Shown here in pieces: positions 45,501 through 56,335 of a DNA stretch of 64,000 bases (positions within the stretch are counted from its first letter, which is position 1; every line of letters begins with the position of its first letter). The stretch is taken from the NCBI GenBank assembly GCA_963765495.1, contig CAVXWP010000008.1, positions 544,001 to 608,000 of the forward strand. The letters run 5' to 3'. The translations under genes and the position numbers were made by a program. Source of the stretch: Blastocatellia bacterium (GTDB taxonomy: Bacteria; Acidobacteriota; Blastocatellia; UBA7656). The notes under the pieces are model-generated. The model made no database searches. It saw only the letters and a list, made by a program, of their open reading frames with translations, and was not told the origin of the DNA.

Positions 45501-48107
45501 ATGGAGACTTTCTGGCAGGACCTGCGTTATGGCTTGAGGATTTTGCTAAAACAGAAAGGAGTAACGGCGACCGCCTTGCTCTCATTGGCGCTCGGCATTG
45601 GCGCAAACACGGCTCTCTTCAGCATAGTTGATGCGATGCTGTTGAAAACGCTCCCCGTTAAAGAACCGGAGCGGCTGGTGCTTTTCCGATCTGTCTCCCC
45701 ACACGAATTTAGTCCCGGCAGCTATGGTGGCTATTGGGACCTCGATCCGGCGACAGGGCAAAATGTTATGACATCCTTCCCTTACCAAAGCTACTCGCGG
45801 ATGCGCGAGCAGCAGAGCGTGCTGTCGGACCTCTTCGCTTTTGGAGATGTCAGTCTGAATGTGAACGCCGACGGGCAGGCCGACGTAGCCAAAGGGCAGG
45901 CTGTATCAGGCAACTATTACGCCGGGCTGGGTGTCTAGGCGATACTTGGCCGTACACTTACCGATGAAGATGATCGGGCAGGAGCCAGTCCTGTTGCCGT
46001 ACTCAGCTACCGTTACTGGCAAAGTCGCTTCGGCGGCGACGTTGCGGTAATAGGCAAACAGGTCAACTTGAACAATGTCGCCTTCACGATCATCGGAGTC
46101 ACGCCGCCGGGCTTTGAAGGAACAATGCAAGTCGGCTCGACCGAGGACGTAACGATCCCTATTGCATGGGAGCCGCAACTCTATGTAGACCCCAAAAGTT
46201 CGCGGATGTACGGTGCGGGCCAATGGTGGTTGCGACTGATGGGGAGATTGAAACCGGGAGCGACGCCCGAACAGGCAAAGGCCCAGTTGGAAAATGCGTT
46301 TCAACAATCCGTCATCGAGCATCGAGGCGCACGGCAGGCCCAGGCGCGAGCTTCAGGCGGGAATCCAATCAATGATTTAGACTCAAAGGATTATCCGAGC
46401 CTCTTTCTCGACCCCGGCGGGCGGGGCGAAATGAATGAGCGGCGGCATTACGCGCCATCGCTTTATCTATTGCTCGGCGTTGTCGCGCTGGTGCTGCTGA
46501 TTGCGTGTGCGAACGTGGCAAACCTTTTACTGTCACGGTCGGCGGCGCGACACAAAGAGATCGGCCTTCGGCTGGCACTTGGCGCGAGTCGCTGGCGGCT
46601 GGTTCGACAGATGTTGACGGAAAGCGTGCTACTGGCAAGTCTGGGCGGGGCAATCGGTATTGCCTTCGCGGTCTGGATCAAGGACGGATTGCTGGCTGTG
46701 AGTGATTGGGGCGGAAGAGGGATGAGCGCACTGGAGCCACAACTCGACTGGCGCGTGCTGGGGTTCACTATGGGGCTGTCGTTGTTGACGGGGATTATCT
46801 TTGGTCTCGTGCCAGCGTGGCGTCTAACAAATGTAGATTTAACTTTAGCGATCAAAGGGAGCGGACGAGTTTCGAGCCTGGCATCGCGTTCGTTGCTGAG
46901 TCGTGGGCTGGTAGTTTCACAAGTGGCGCTATCATTACTGCTTATGGTTGGCGCGGGGCTGTTTGTGCGGACACTGCTCAATCTGAAACGTGTGGACCCG
47001 GGCTTCAATACACACAATCTGCTGTTGTTCACCGTCCGGCCAGGATTGCTTGGCTACAAGGACGAAAGAGTGACGCAAATATTTGAGCAATTAGCCGAAC
47101 ACATCGAAGCACAGCCGGGCGTACAAAAGGTTACCTTTTCTGGTGTTCCATTACTTGCAAGGATTCAAAGCACACGTAGCGTCTATTTGCGTAACGCGCT
47201 GACTGCCGTGCCCGATGCAGAAGGGAAAATCAAACCAAGCGGGCAGTGCAAAATTAATCACTTGCGCGGAAATTTTCTGGAAGTGATGGATATTCCACTC
47301 CTAGCCGGACGTGCGCTGAACGCGCGCGACGACGCGAGTGCGCCAGAAGTAGTGATCGTCAACCAGACCTTCGCCAGCCAGTTTTTCCCCAATGAAAACC
47401 CCATTGGCAAACGCTTCACCTTCAATTCTAGTAAACCCGACGAATTCGAGATTGTTGGCCTCGCCAGGGATGCAAAATACACGAAGCAACGGGACGAGAT
47501 TTCCCCAACTGCTTATGTGCCGTGGCAGCAATGGCTAAGCGCAATGGAAGGTAAAGCAACTTTTGAGGTACGCACCGCAGGTGAGCCTACCAGCGTTATT
47601 ACAGCGATTCGCCAAGCCGTGCGCGAGGTAGATAGCGATCTGTCGCTTGCTGACGTTCGCACCCAGATCGAACAAGCCGATCAGACGCTGGCAATGGAAC
47701 GATTGTTAGCCAAGTTGATGACGTTGTTCGGGTTGCTCTCTCAGCAACTCGCTGCGATAGGGTTGTTCGGGATAATGGCGTATTCGGTTTCGCAACGCAC
47801 GCGCGAAATTGGGATTCGCATGGCAGTCGGGGCAAATCGCGGCGACGTATTAAAGATGGTTTTGCGGCAGGGGATGACACTTGCCTTTCTAGGCCTCGTG
47901 TTGGGGTTGACTTGTGCGTATGTGTTGACAAAGTATCTGGAAAGCTGGATGAATCTATCGCAGATGTTTTATGGTGTACCTCTTTTCGATCCGTTAACCT
48001 ATAGCCTGATTACCGTATTGCTTATGCTAGTGGCGATGCTGGCCTGTTTGATACCAGCATGGCGAGCAGCGAAAGTTGACCCTAATGTGGCGCTTCGCTA
48101 CGAGTAA
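45501..48107 (+). pseudogene. ADOP/MacB-type duplicated ABC permease with an in-frame amber stop
   Basis: [47 protein letters not shown]; a single TAG at 45936-45938 (GLGV*AILGR). Confidence 0.88.
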
Positions 48108-48245
48108 TACCAAATCTATTCAGAAGATGAGGTTTGACACTCGAATTCGTAAATTCATAAAGATTTTCAACATGCTGGTTAGAATACTTGAAATAGGCCG
48201 GGACGGACGCGGATCAGACGGATTTTCGCGGATTAAACCTATCCA
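48107..48245. repeat. Palindromic element, family P, inverted partial copy
   Basis: Near-identical reverse complement of 5333-5460. Confidence 0.85.
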
Positions 48246-48367
48246 ACCTGCAACGATAGATCGAAGCTGCCTATGTTGCGATCGACAATAGAGCAGATAC
48301 AGCGCAACAAACAATCCAGTTCGATTGTGTCCGATGGAGGGAATCCTGGTCCCGCCCAGAGCTATCC

Positions 48368-49081
48368 CTAGGCTCCGGCGAGTGTGACCCCTTGCGCATT
48401 TGCATGGGGTGAGTAATGCCGTTCCTTGAACCCCTTGGCCATCAGCCATAGTGCCACTGCCACGTGGATCGGAGCCAAAGGCATCGCCAACTCTGTCACA
48501 GTGTGATAACCCAAAAACCCCAGTAATGTGACCCCTATGAACTGAAGCAATATCCCAATCAGTCCAAGAACAGCCAATACACGCGGAATCAGAGCGAAGC
48601 GCCACAGCACCATGTAGAACAGAAAAATCCAACCGCCGAAGCCAAGCAGTTGCGAATAATGAGCCCACCGCCGTGTCACGGCGACCGCTGCTCCAAGGGC
48701 TTGGGAAAGCCCTGCATCCGAAGCGCCTGCCTTTGTGTACTCCTGGCTCACAGATAACATAGACATCACAGTGACGTTATGGACAGCGTCCAGCGTACAA
48801 CTGACCACGCACACAGCCAGAAACCAGAGCGCCATCGTCTCGCTGTACTGCTGAACGACCGGCCAGGCTGCAATGGCGATGCCGACTGTAAGCACGCCGC
48901 CAACGAACGAGAGAAACACAGCCGCGCGTATCTGAAAAGAACTCTCCGCCGCAGTTGAAAGGAAGGCAGGGGACCCCGTCATCAAGGGCCGCAGCAAGAC
49001 GAAGGGCAGCGTTAGTCCCGCAGCCAACTGTAACAACAACAAGATGCCGGTAGTTTGGCCGATTCTCTTGGCAGTTCTCAT
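48368..49081 (-). CDS. DUF4386 membrane protein
   Basis: LIPRVLAVLG, WLMAKGF; multiple transmembrane segments. Confidence 0.75.
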   Translation of the reverse strand: MRTAKRIGQTTGILLLLQLAAGLTLPFVLLRPLMTGSPAFLSTAAESSFQIRAAVFLSFVGGVLTVGIAIAAWPVVQQYSETMALWFLAVCVVSCTLDAVHNVTVMSMLSVSQEYTKAGASDAGLSQALGAAVAVTRRWAHYSQLLGFGGWIFLFYMVLWRFALIPRVLAVLGLIGILLQFIGVTLLGFLGYHTVTELAMPLAPIHVAVALWLMAKGFKERHYSPHANAQGVTLAGA

Positions 49082-49486
49082 TCTTACCTCCTAAGAATGG
49101 CTAGTTGCCGGGATCGCACATGTGCCGGTTGAGCACTTAACTGTACGGAAGAGTGATCGGAAAGTTCAGCGAAGCTTTCTGGTGCAGCCTAAACCTTAGG
49201 CGATTCGTAGATAAACATTGCCCACTGCATAGCTTGTCATTACCCAAATTTATTCGTTTATGGGTGGTGAAGTTGCAACAGCTTTAATTGCCGCATTTGG
49301 AGCGATGTCAATCGAGAGCCAAATAGCTTGGGTTTTGAACCTGACCCATGCTAAATCCTTTAGATTCGCATCGAATTCTCCCAAGTGAAAAGATTTGGGT
49401 AATGACAAGGTTTGCCGAGATGCCTGGCAGGCCCGCTATAGTACTGAAAAACAATCCCATTCAGTCTTATTTGACAAGGATTGACC

Positions 49487-49572
49487 GCCTGACTGCTCAT
49501 TTTAGCGGACCTTACATGCCAACGATTCAATATCCCGCTGCTACTAGGGCGTCGCTGAATTCGTCGTTTGAC
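49487..49572 (+). repeat. attC site, family A, degenerate
   Basis: GCCTGACTGCTCATTTTAGCGGAC...GCGTCGCTGAATTCGTCGTTTGAC. Confidence 0.8.
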
Positions 49573-49710
49573 GCCTGTGACACTCGCCGTCTTCAAGTTT
49601 TCATTTGCAGGGTTATGCGCTTTCGAACGTAGAGGAACTCTCACCCTACACAGCGTCCACGAAAGTGATCAATGCAGGCCATTCCATTCCTGGCCGTAAC
49701 CGTCTTAGGC

Positions 49711-50949
49711 TCAATCTTCCATATCCGCTAAGCGACAAATGAATCCCCATCCACCGCCGAGTTCGCTCACCGCCAACATCAGTTCATTGCTCCCCTTCTT
49801 CAACTGGAGGTAGACAGCATCGTTCTCCGGGTTAACGATGCCAAGGAACCCGGGGTCGCGAAAGTTCTGGGCGCTTCGGCCACGGTAGAGAATCTTGCCA
49901 TTCAGGAACACGCTGACGTCGTCGCTATAACCGATGTAGAGCTTTTTCACCTGGTCCCGGTCGGAATCAATTATGGTCCGGGCATAGATGGCTTTCATCC
50001 CCGGCTGGGGTTCCAATCGCTTCGAAAAGTCGTTTGCAAATGAGACTCTCAGGTGCGGGGCCTCACGATATCGATATATGACCACAAAGCCGGGCGGTTC
50101 TGCCTCCACCTCCTGCCAACTTCTTACATCGCTATCGGAGGGTGGGAGCGGACGTTCAAGATTACACGCGAGCCCATCGTATGAGGGGGATAAGGTCCAC
50201 TTAACCAGGGTGCCCGGAGGTATCGGCGGCAGGTGTCGCGACCAGGGCGCATCGGGCGTCGTCCGTATTTCGAAATTCGAGAAATAGGTTGCTCCCGTCA
50301 GGACCGTCATGGCCACCTGACCTTTCTGAACACCGCTTTTCAGATCATTCATTACAAGCACGGGCTTATCCATCTTCTCTACATAGAACCTTGCCTGCGC
50401 CCCCACCACCTCCAGACGCAGGTGGAACCAGACATCTTTGGGGATATCGACCGCGCCGGTGAAGCCTGGCCCATTATAGATTTGCCAGTTAAGGCCGGTG
50501 TTGAGAACCGGCGTATACTGTATGGCATCGGGAAGCCCGGATTTGTGCTGGCGGAGATAGATCCATTCCGAGTTGGCGCCGTCATTGGCGATCCGAAACT
50601 GAATGCCGAAGAACCCGCGGATTGCAGGGGTCGCGACATCCACATCGACAACGCCGTCTCGCATTTCAAAGTCCTTCAAAACCGCCGCTCCACCATCGAT
50701 CAACAAGCATTTTCGTCCTCGATATTCAGCTGCCTTCGCTTGTCCTTCTAGATCCCAGCGCTGGGAATCTGCGGGAACGGAGAGCGTCTGAGGCGTCTGG
50801 GAATGGGCAATAGACTCAGACAGCACCCTGGGCGTCGCTGAAGAGGTCTTTAGAGCGACAGAAAAATTGAGACCTATCAGCGCCACAACCAACCACGCTC
50901 TGACCGAAGCAGAACCCAATAGGCAAAGTGCTTTACTTCGCGTCATCAT
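49711..50949 (-). CDS. Secreted protein with DUF1080/ConA-like and carbohydrate-binding-like beta domains
   Basis: Signal peptide, GIQFR..WFHLRLEV, GYSDDVSVFLNG..L.KG.N.L motifs. Confidence 0.6.
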   Translation of the reverse strand: MMTRSKALCLLGSASVRAWLVVALIGLNFSVALKTSSATPRVLSESIAHSQTPQTLSVPADSQRWDLEGQAKAAEYRGRKCLLIDGGAAVLKDFEMRDGVVDVDVATPAIRGFFGIQFRIANDGANSEWIYLRQHKSGLPDAIQYTPVLNTGLNWQIYNGPGFTGAVDIPKDVWFHLRLEVVGAQARFYVEKMDKPVLVMNDLKSGVQKGQVAMTVLTGATYFSNFEIRTTPDAPWSRHLPPIPPGTLVKWTLSPSYDGLACNLERPLPPSDSDVRSWQEVEAEPPGFVVIYRYREAPHLRVSFANDFSKRLEPQPGMKAIYARTIIDSDRDQVKKLYIGYSDDVSVFLNGKILYRGRSAQNFRDPGFLGIVNPENDAVYLQLKKGSNELMLAVSELGGGWGFICRLADMED

Positions 50950-51335
50950 TTCAAATTTATATCCTTCCGTTGAGAATCGAGAGAGAACAAGATAACCACA
51001 ACCAACACTTGCAAATTTTGTTTTCAAAACGACAATGGCGCAAGCCAACGATACCACATTTGGAGCCACTCATCGGCGTTGAAACATAATGTATTCCTTT
51101 GATCGAAAACACCGTTTTGTGACTAAACGGCCCGATGTTGTGACGAACCGGAGGCTTCCTTGATAGCGGGACATGATATATGGGTATGTATGGAAAGCAA
51201 TTCAGGTTTTTCTGTAGGTTGCTCATCTCAATTGAATTCCAATCCAATTGATCGTAGAATCCCTTCTCTTTTGGGACGGTATTTCTCAAATTGGCTGAAG
51301 TGTTATTCGCAGTCTTCATATAGTGAGGTATCACG

Positions 51336-51746
51336 ATGAATAACAGGAAGAAAGATTTGAAAGAACAGTATAAACTAACACCCACATCCATGGGCATCTA
51401 CCAAATTCGCAACCTCACAAATGGCAGAATTTTCGTTGGGGCCGCCCTTAATCTACCCGGTATTCTCACCAGCAATAAGCTTCAATTAAGATCGGGAAAC
51501 CACCCGAATAAGAGGCTCCAAGCCGAGTGGAATGAATTCGGCAGCGAATGCTTTGCATTTGAAGTACTGGATGAACTGACAGCAACACAAGGAGCGGGCC
51601 ATGACTACCGAGGAGATCTAGCCTTCTTAGAGGAGTTATGGCTGGAAAAATTGCAGCCTTACAGTGATCGGGGTTATAACGAAAAGAGGAGAGGCCGAGA
51701 AGAGAGGCTGAGAGAGATGGCGCAAAGGAGGTTGGGTAAACAATGA
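51336..51746 (+). CDS. GIY-YIG nuclease family protein
   Basis: MGIYQIRN..NGRIFVG, H.N..LQ.EW..G..F.FEVL. Confidence 0.85.
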   Translation: MNNRKKDLKEQYKLTPTSMGIYQIRNLTNGRIFVGAALNLPGILTSNKLQLRSGNHPNKRLQAEWNEFGSECFAFEVLDELTATQGAGHDYRGDLAFLEELWLEKLQPYSDRGYNEKRRGREERLREMAQRRLGKQ

Positions 51747-51786
51747 GAAGCATTTCACAGGTTGCGTAATGTGTCGCGCAAACCGA

Positions 51787-51887
51787 GTCTGGTTGCTCAG
51801 TCCAACCGACGCGCATGCCAGATTCTCGTGTTCCATCTATTGAAACGCATAGGGGGCCGCAGCACGCCACTGAATCCGGCATTTCTC
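51787..51887 (+). repeat. attC-like site, family A, highly degenerate
   Basis: TGCTCAGTCCAACCGACGCGCATGCC...GCACGCCACTGAATCCGGC. Confidence 0.6.
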
Positions 51888-51954
51888 ACCATAACCTGCA
51901 CAGTTGAACTCTCTACTCAATCAATCATAGTATGTCGATAGGTGGAAATTGCTT

Positions 51955-52449
51955 ATGTTTTGTCCAGGGTGTGGCACTCAAAACGATCTTAACCATAGAT
52001 ATTGCCGACAGTGTGGACAGGCTCTCTCCGATGTTCATCTTGCTGTCATCGGGAACACCGATCAATCGCTTGAAAGGCTGAAAAACAGTCAAGAGTGGAT
52101 AAATGCCGGCAGTGGCACGATTGTCGTTTTTACATTGATTGGGGTAGCTTTAACCATTTTAGGCTTTTCTATCAATGAGCCTGTGCTGATCAACATTGCC
52201 TTAATCAACATGATACTTGGTTCGATTATAGGGATTCCTTTGGTCTATCTTGGCAGGGTTAACCTGAAGCGGGCTGCCCGCTTATTATCGAAACGAGAAG
52301 GGGAAGCCAATCATTCAAGCCTTAACCAAAAGCAAGAACCAGAGACCCTGTTAACATCGGGGCTTGACTCAGAATCGAATAGGATGCTGAATCCTGTCTC
52401 GGTAACTGAGCATACTACGCAAAATTTGCAGGATCGCGAACCTACATAG
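51955..52449 (+). CDS. Zinc-ribbon membrane protein
   Basis: MFCPGCG..YCRQCG, two transmembrane segments, SVTEHTT tail. Confidence 0.8.
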   Translation: MFCPGCGTQNDLNHRYCRQCGQALSDVHLAVIGNTDQSLERLKNSQEWINAGSGTIVVFTLIGVALTILGFSINEPVLINIALINMILGSIIGIPLVYLGRVNLKRAARLLSKREGEANHSSLNQKQEPETLLTSGLDSESNRMLNPVSVTEHTTQNLQDREPT

Positions 52450-52502
52450 TTCTGTGATCAATTCTCTTCTGAGTCATAACCCTGTACCCGAAATACACCC
52501 AT

Positions 52503-52931
52503 TTATGATTCCAGCTTCGCATCCATAGTTATTTTTGCATTCAACAGCCGCGATATTGGACATCCTTGCTTCGCATTGTTGGCTGCCGTTTCAAAAGCCT
52601 CAGGGCTTGCTCCGGGAACATTTGCTTTCACATCCAGATGGACTTCGGTGATGGTAAAACCTGCCTCTGTCTTGTCCAAAGTTACGGTGGCTGTCGTGTT
52701 GATACTATCTGCAACCAGCCCCGCCTGACCCAGTTGCCCCGAAAGAGCCATCGAAAAACAGCCGGCGTGGGCTGCTCCGATTAACTCTTCGGGGTTTGTG
52801 CCAATCCCATCCTCAAATCTGGTGCTGAAGGAATACTGAGTGCTGGAAAGTACCCCGCTATCAGTAGATATAGCCCCTTTTCCGCTCTTGAGATCACCCT
52901 GCCAAACCGCAGAAGCTTTTCGTTTCATCAT
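52503..52931 (-). CDS. osmC: OsmC family peroxiredoxin
   Basis: GTNPEELIGAAHAGCFSMALS, AKQGCPISR. Confidence 0.93.
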   Translation of the reverse strand: MMKRKASAVWQGDLKSGKGAISTDSGVLSSTQYSFSTRFEDGIGTNPEELIGAAHAGCFSMALSGQLGQAGLVADSINTTATVTLDKTEAGFTITEVHLDVKANVPGASPEAFETAANNAKQGCPISRLLNAKITMDAKLES

Positions 52932-53141
52932 ACCCTCCTAAAAATAAAATAACTGCCGACAAGAAAGCATATCATCCAAAAGCCTATTGAGGCGAAGTGA
53001 TACGGAGAGTAGGATAATATGTCGTCTCGTCAATTTGTAATATGACATCCCGAGTTTTGTCGCATTTCGTCTTGGCGTAAGAACAGCTTCCCTCACGGGT
53101 TTAACATCAATCGGGTTATTTATTTCGCAGGGTTGGGAATT

Positions 53142-54215
53142 ATGGCTATAGAAGAACACTTGAATATTTTGAAGCAGGGCGTTGTGGCATGGAATCAATG
53201 GATCAAGACAAACAGGGGGATACGGCCCGATCTTCGTGATGCTGATCTCAGTGGCCTCAATCTTTCCAGCATCAATCTTAAGGAAGCCTGGCTAAAGGGT
53301 GCGAATCTCACAAAAGCCAATCTACAGAAAGCCAAACTTGACAACGCCTACATGAGGAACGCAAATCTCAGCCGTGCGAACCTCACAGAAGCGTCTCTTT
53401 CAGGGACCAATTTGAGACACGCCATATTACAGAAGGCAAAACTCAGACGTGCCTATCTTAGAAGGGTAGACTTCAGTTACGCTGATTTGAGTGGCGCAGA
53501 CCTGAGCGAATCAGTTCTTGAGTATTCCAGATTCGTAGACACCAATCTGAAGAATGCGAATATCAAGTCCTGTTTCATCTATGGAGCCTCGGTTTGGAAT
53601 ATACAGGGCATCCCCAAAGACCAATCCAACCTGATTATTACTCCACGCCCGTTGAAGAGCGCCGCACGCAATGAGCCAACGATCAAAGTAGATAATCTCG
53701 AACTGGCTCAATTCATCTATCTGCTTTTGAATTATGGAAAGCTTCGTGATGTTTTGAATTCCATTACGAAAAAAGGGGTACTGATTCTGGGACGTTTCGG
53801 AGGAGGCGGGCTTGATGTTTTGCATTCGATTGCTTCTAAGTTGAGAGAGATGGAGTATCTGCCGATCATCTTTGACTTTGATAGACCGGAGGACAGAAAT
53901 TATACGGAAACGATCAAGACACTGGTGGGGTTATCTCGATTTGTCATCGTTGATCTAAGCGGCCCCTCAGTCCCACAGGAACTCTACGCAACGGTTCCTC
54001 ATTTTAAGGTGCCGTTTATACCTATAATTGAAAAAGGCAGACATCCATATTCATTATTCATAGAACTCTTTGAGAATGACCATGTCTTACGGCCGATAAT
54101 TGAGTTTGAAAGCATAAAGGACCTGGTTGAGTTAATACCATCTAAAATCATTGCTCCTGCGGAAGAGAAACAGAAGGCGAGACAGAAACTCTTAAGCGAA
54201 TTGTTCGATTCGTAA
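53142..54215 (+). CDS. Pentapeptide-repeat protein with a C-terminal alpha/beta domain
   Basis: EHL.ILKQGV..WN.W, A(N/D)L repeats, VLILGRF...SRFVIVDLS.PSVPQEL. Confidence 0.85.
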   Translation: MAIEEHLNILKQGVVAWNQWIKTNRGIRPDLRDADLSGLNLSSINLKEAWLKGANLTKANLQKAKLDNAYMRNANLSRANLTEASLSGTNLRHAILQKAKLRRAYLRRVDFSYADLSGADLSESVLEYSRFVDTNLKNANIKSCFIYGASVWNIQGIPKDQSNLIITPRPLKSAARNEPTIKVDNLELAQFIYLLLNYGKLRDVLNSITKKGVLILGRFGGGGLDVLHSIASKLREMEYLPIIFDFDRPEDRNYTETIKTLVGLSRFVIVDLSGPSVPQELYATVPHFKVPFIPIIEKGRHPYSLFIELFENDHVLRPIIEFESIKDLVELIPSKIIAPAEEKQKARQKLLSELFDS

Positions 54216-54271
54216 TTGAACTCTTTGCAGGAAAGCAGAAAATCCCATCCATCTCGATTCGAAAGGAGAGC

Positions 54272-54745
54272 ATGGTGATAAATTCCCGCTCACAAAAAAA
54301 GATAGACGATTCTCATTTCGTCCCCTACTCCTAAGAGTTTTATGATGTCATCGGAGATGCCCCAAGTTTCTTCAAGGTCATTGATACGAATGCCCATGAA
54401 GGGCATGTATACGTCAAAGATGAGGATGCCCTCTACTTTACGACAGTCCCGCAAAATACAAGTATTCCTCTTTCGGGATTCAAAGAGGTGGCTATAAAGT
54501 GGTAAGTCCCGGGATTCCCGACGGCATGAAACTGGACTCGGCGGGCCGCGTCTACAGTTCATCGGCAAGCGGGCTGTTAGTATATAATGCCTCCGGCGAT
54601 TTGGTTGGAGAGATACTGGCACCGGGAGTAGCCAATTTCACATTTGGCGGTCCTGAAAACTAATGTCATCTACATGATGGCCGATACGGTGATATGGGCA
54701 GCAGAAATCAAGGCCGTCGGCGCAACTCGGCCACAAACTGCTTAA
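54272..54745 (+). pseudogene. SMP-30/gluconolactonase, internally deleted with stops
   Basis: Fragments AHEGHVYVKDEDALYFT and PDGMKLDSAGRVY..ANFTFGG, separated by stops and frameshifts. Confidence 0.8.
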
Positions 54746-54807
54746 CCGCTTTTTCGGGCAGATGCTTATATAGAAGAAGCGGGCCGCTGATTTTGTTCTC
54801 AGTCGGC
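54740..54807 (+). repeat. attC-like site, family A, highly degenerate
   Basis: GCTTAACCGCTTTTTC overlapping the pseudogene stop, then AGCGGGCCGCTGA. Confidence 0.5.
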
Positions 54808-54895
54808 TCACTGCCGGATGCCAAAGTAATGGTATATGGATAGCCACGCGGAATAAGTCACGACGCAAACGCCTTAAGAGTGAATACGGGTAACG

Positions 54896-56116
54896 ATGGA
54901 AACAAGAATTTATCTTGGCGATTGCCTGGAAAAAGCTAGAGAGTTGCCCGCCGATAGCGTGGACCTGATCTATCTCGATCCTCCATTCTTCACTCAAAGG
55001 ATACATAAACTCGGCACAAGAGATCGGGAAAGGGAGTTCCAGTTCAGTGACCTATGGACATCCGAAGACGACTATGGAGAGTTTCTCCACTCAAGATTAG
55101 AGGAATTTTATCGAATACTGGCTTCGACCGGCTCTGTTTTCTTTCATTGCGATCACAATGCATCGCATATCGCGCGTCACATTCTTGATAAGATATTCGG
55201 AAAGGAGATGTTTCGGGCCGAAATCATCTGGCATTACAAAAGGTGGTCCAATTCACAAAAAAATCTTTTGCCGTCTCATCAGAACATCTATTTTTACTCC
55301 AAATCGCCCGCCTACAAATTTAATCAGATTCTTCAAGAATATTCCTCCTCGACAAATGTAGACCAGTTGCTTCAAAAAAGAAGCAGAGACAAATTTGGAA
55401 AGTCAGTTTATGCAAAAGATCACAACGGCAAGCCAATCACAAACGGTCTTAAGAAGGGTGTGCCGCTTGGTGATGTCTGGGATATCCCGCTTCTCAACCC
55501 TAAAGCAAAAGAGCGAACCGGATATCCAACTCAGAAACCAGTGCTCTTGCTCGAAAGAATCATTCAAATCTCAACAGACCAGAATGACTGGGTCCTCGAT
55601 CCGTTTTGTGGGAGCGGCACTACTCTTGTTGCCTCACAATTCTTGAAACGCAATTCAATCGGTATAGATATTTCCCCCGAAGCGATTGAAGTCACGAATT
55701 CGCGGATCAGAAATCCCACAAGGACCGATTCTCATCTGCTCAATAAAGGGAGAGATGCTTTTCAGAATGTTGACCGTGAGGCGCTTGAATACCTAAAGGG
55801 GCTTGATGTAATTCCTGTTCAGCGCAATAGCGGGATTGATGCCCTCCTGAGATCTGAATTTGCTGGAGGGCCTGTTCCAATTCGCGTCCAGCGAGCGGGG
55901 GAATCGCTTATGGAAGCAGGCTACGCGCTTTATAAAGCGGCAAGAAGCAAGAACGCTTCGGCTATGATTCTCATTGTGATAAAGCACCAACCGGGAATTG
56001 AAAACATTGATTCCCTGCCCCCGGGCGTCTTCGTCGTTGATTCCACAAGCAACGCTGTTGAAAAACTTTTGATAAAGCTACGCCGAGAACTACGAGCGGC
56101 AGGCGTTGAAGACTGA
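54896..56116 (+). CDS. Site-specific DNA methyltransferase (N6A/N4C, beta class)
   Basis: DLIYLDPPF, YPTQKP, VLDPFCGSGTT. Confidence 0.92.
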   Translation: METRIYLGDCLEKARELPADSVDLIYLDPPFFTQRIHKLGTRDREREFQFSDLWTSEDDYGEFLHSRLEEFYRILASTGSVFFHCDHNASHIARHILDKIFGKEMFRAEIIWHYKRWSNSQKNLLPSHQNIYFYSKSPAYKFNQILQEYSSSTNVDQLLQKRSRDKFGKSVYAKDHNGKPITNGLKKGVPLGDVWDIPLLNPKAKERTGYPTQKPVLLLERIIQISTDQNDWVLDPFCGSGTTLVASQFLKRNSIGIDISPEAIEVTNSRIRNPTRTDSHLLNKGRDAFQNVDREALEYLKGLDVIPVQRNSGIDALLRSEFAGGPVPIRVQRAGESLMEAGYALYKAARSKNASAMILIVIKHQPGIENIDSLPPGVFVVDSTSNAVEKLLIKLRRELRAAGVED

Positions 56117-56335
56117 AGCGATGACAGACTAAAACTGAGGTTGGTTGCACCCGGCAGGCTACATTGATAGAATCTTTACAGGCTGGCGCAGTAAAACCAG
56201 CGGACATTCCATCCTCTGTAGCGTTCAGCCATCCTCGTGAGTTTCTAAACCGACCGAAAATGGATCCTGCAAAGTGACTCCCGAGGTATCATACGAACCG
56301 TCTGGGTCCGGGTAAATAAGAAGGGAGTTTTAGTT

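Noticed and set aside
45936-45938. Amber readthrough or pyrrolysine in the permease
   Set aside because: TAG is a normal stop elsewhere in the window and no pyl genes are present; probably CAG to TAG.
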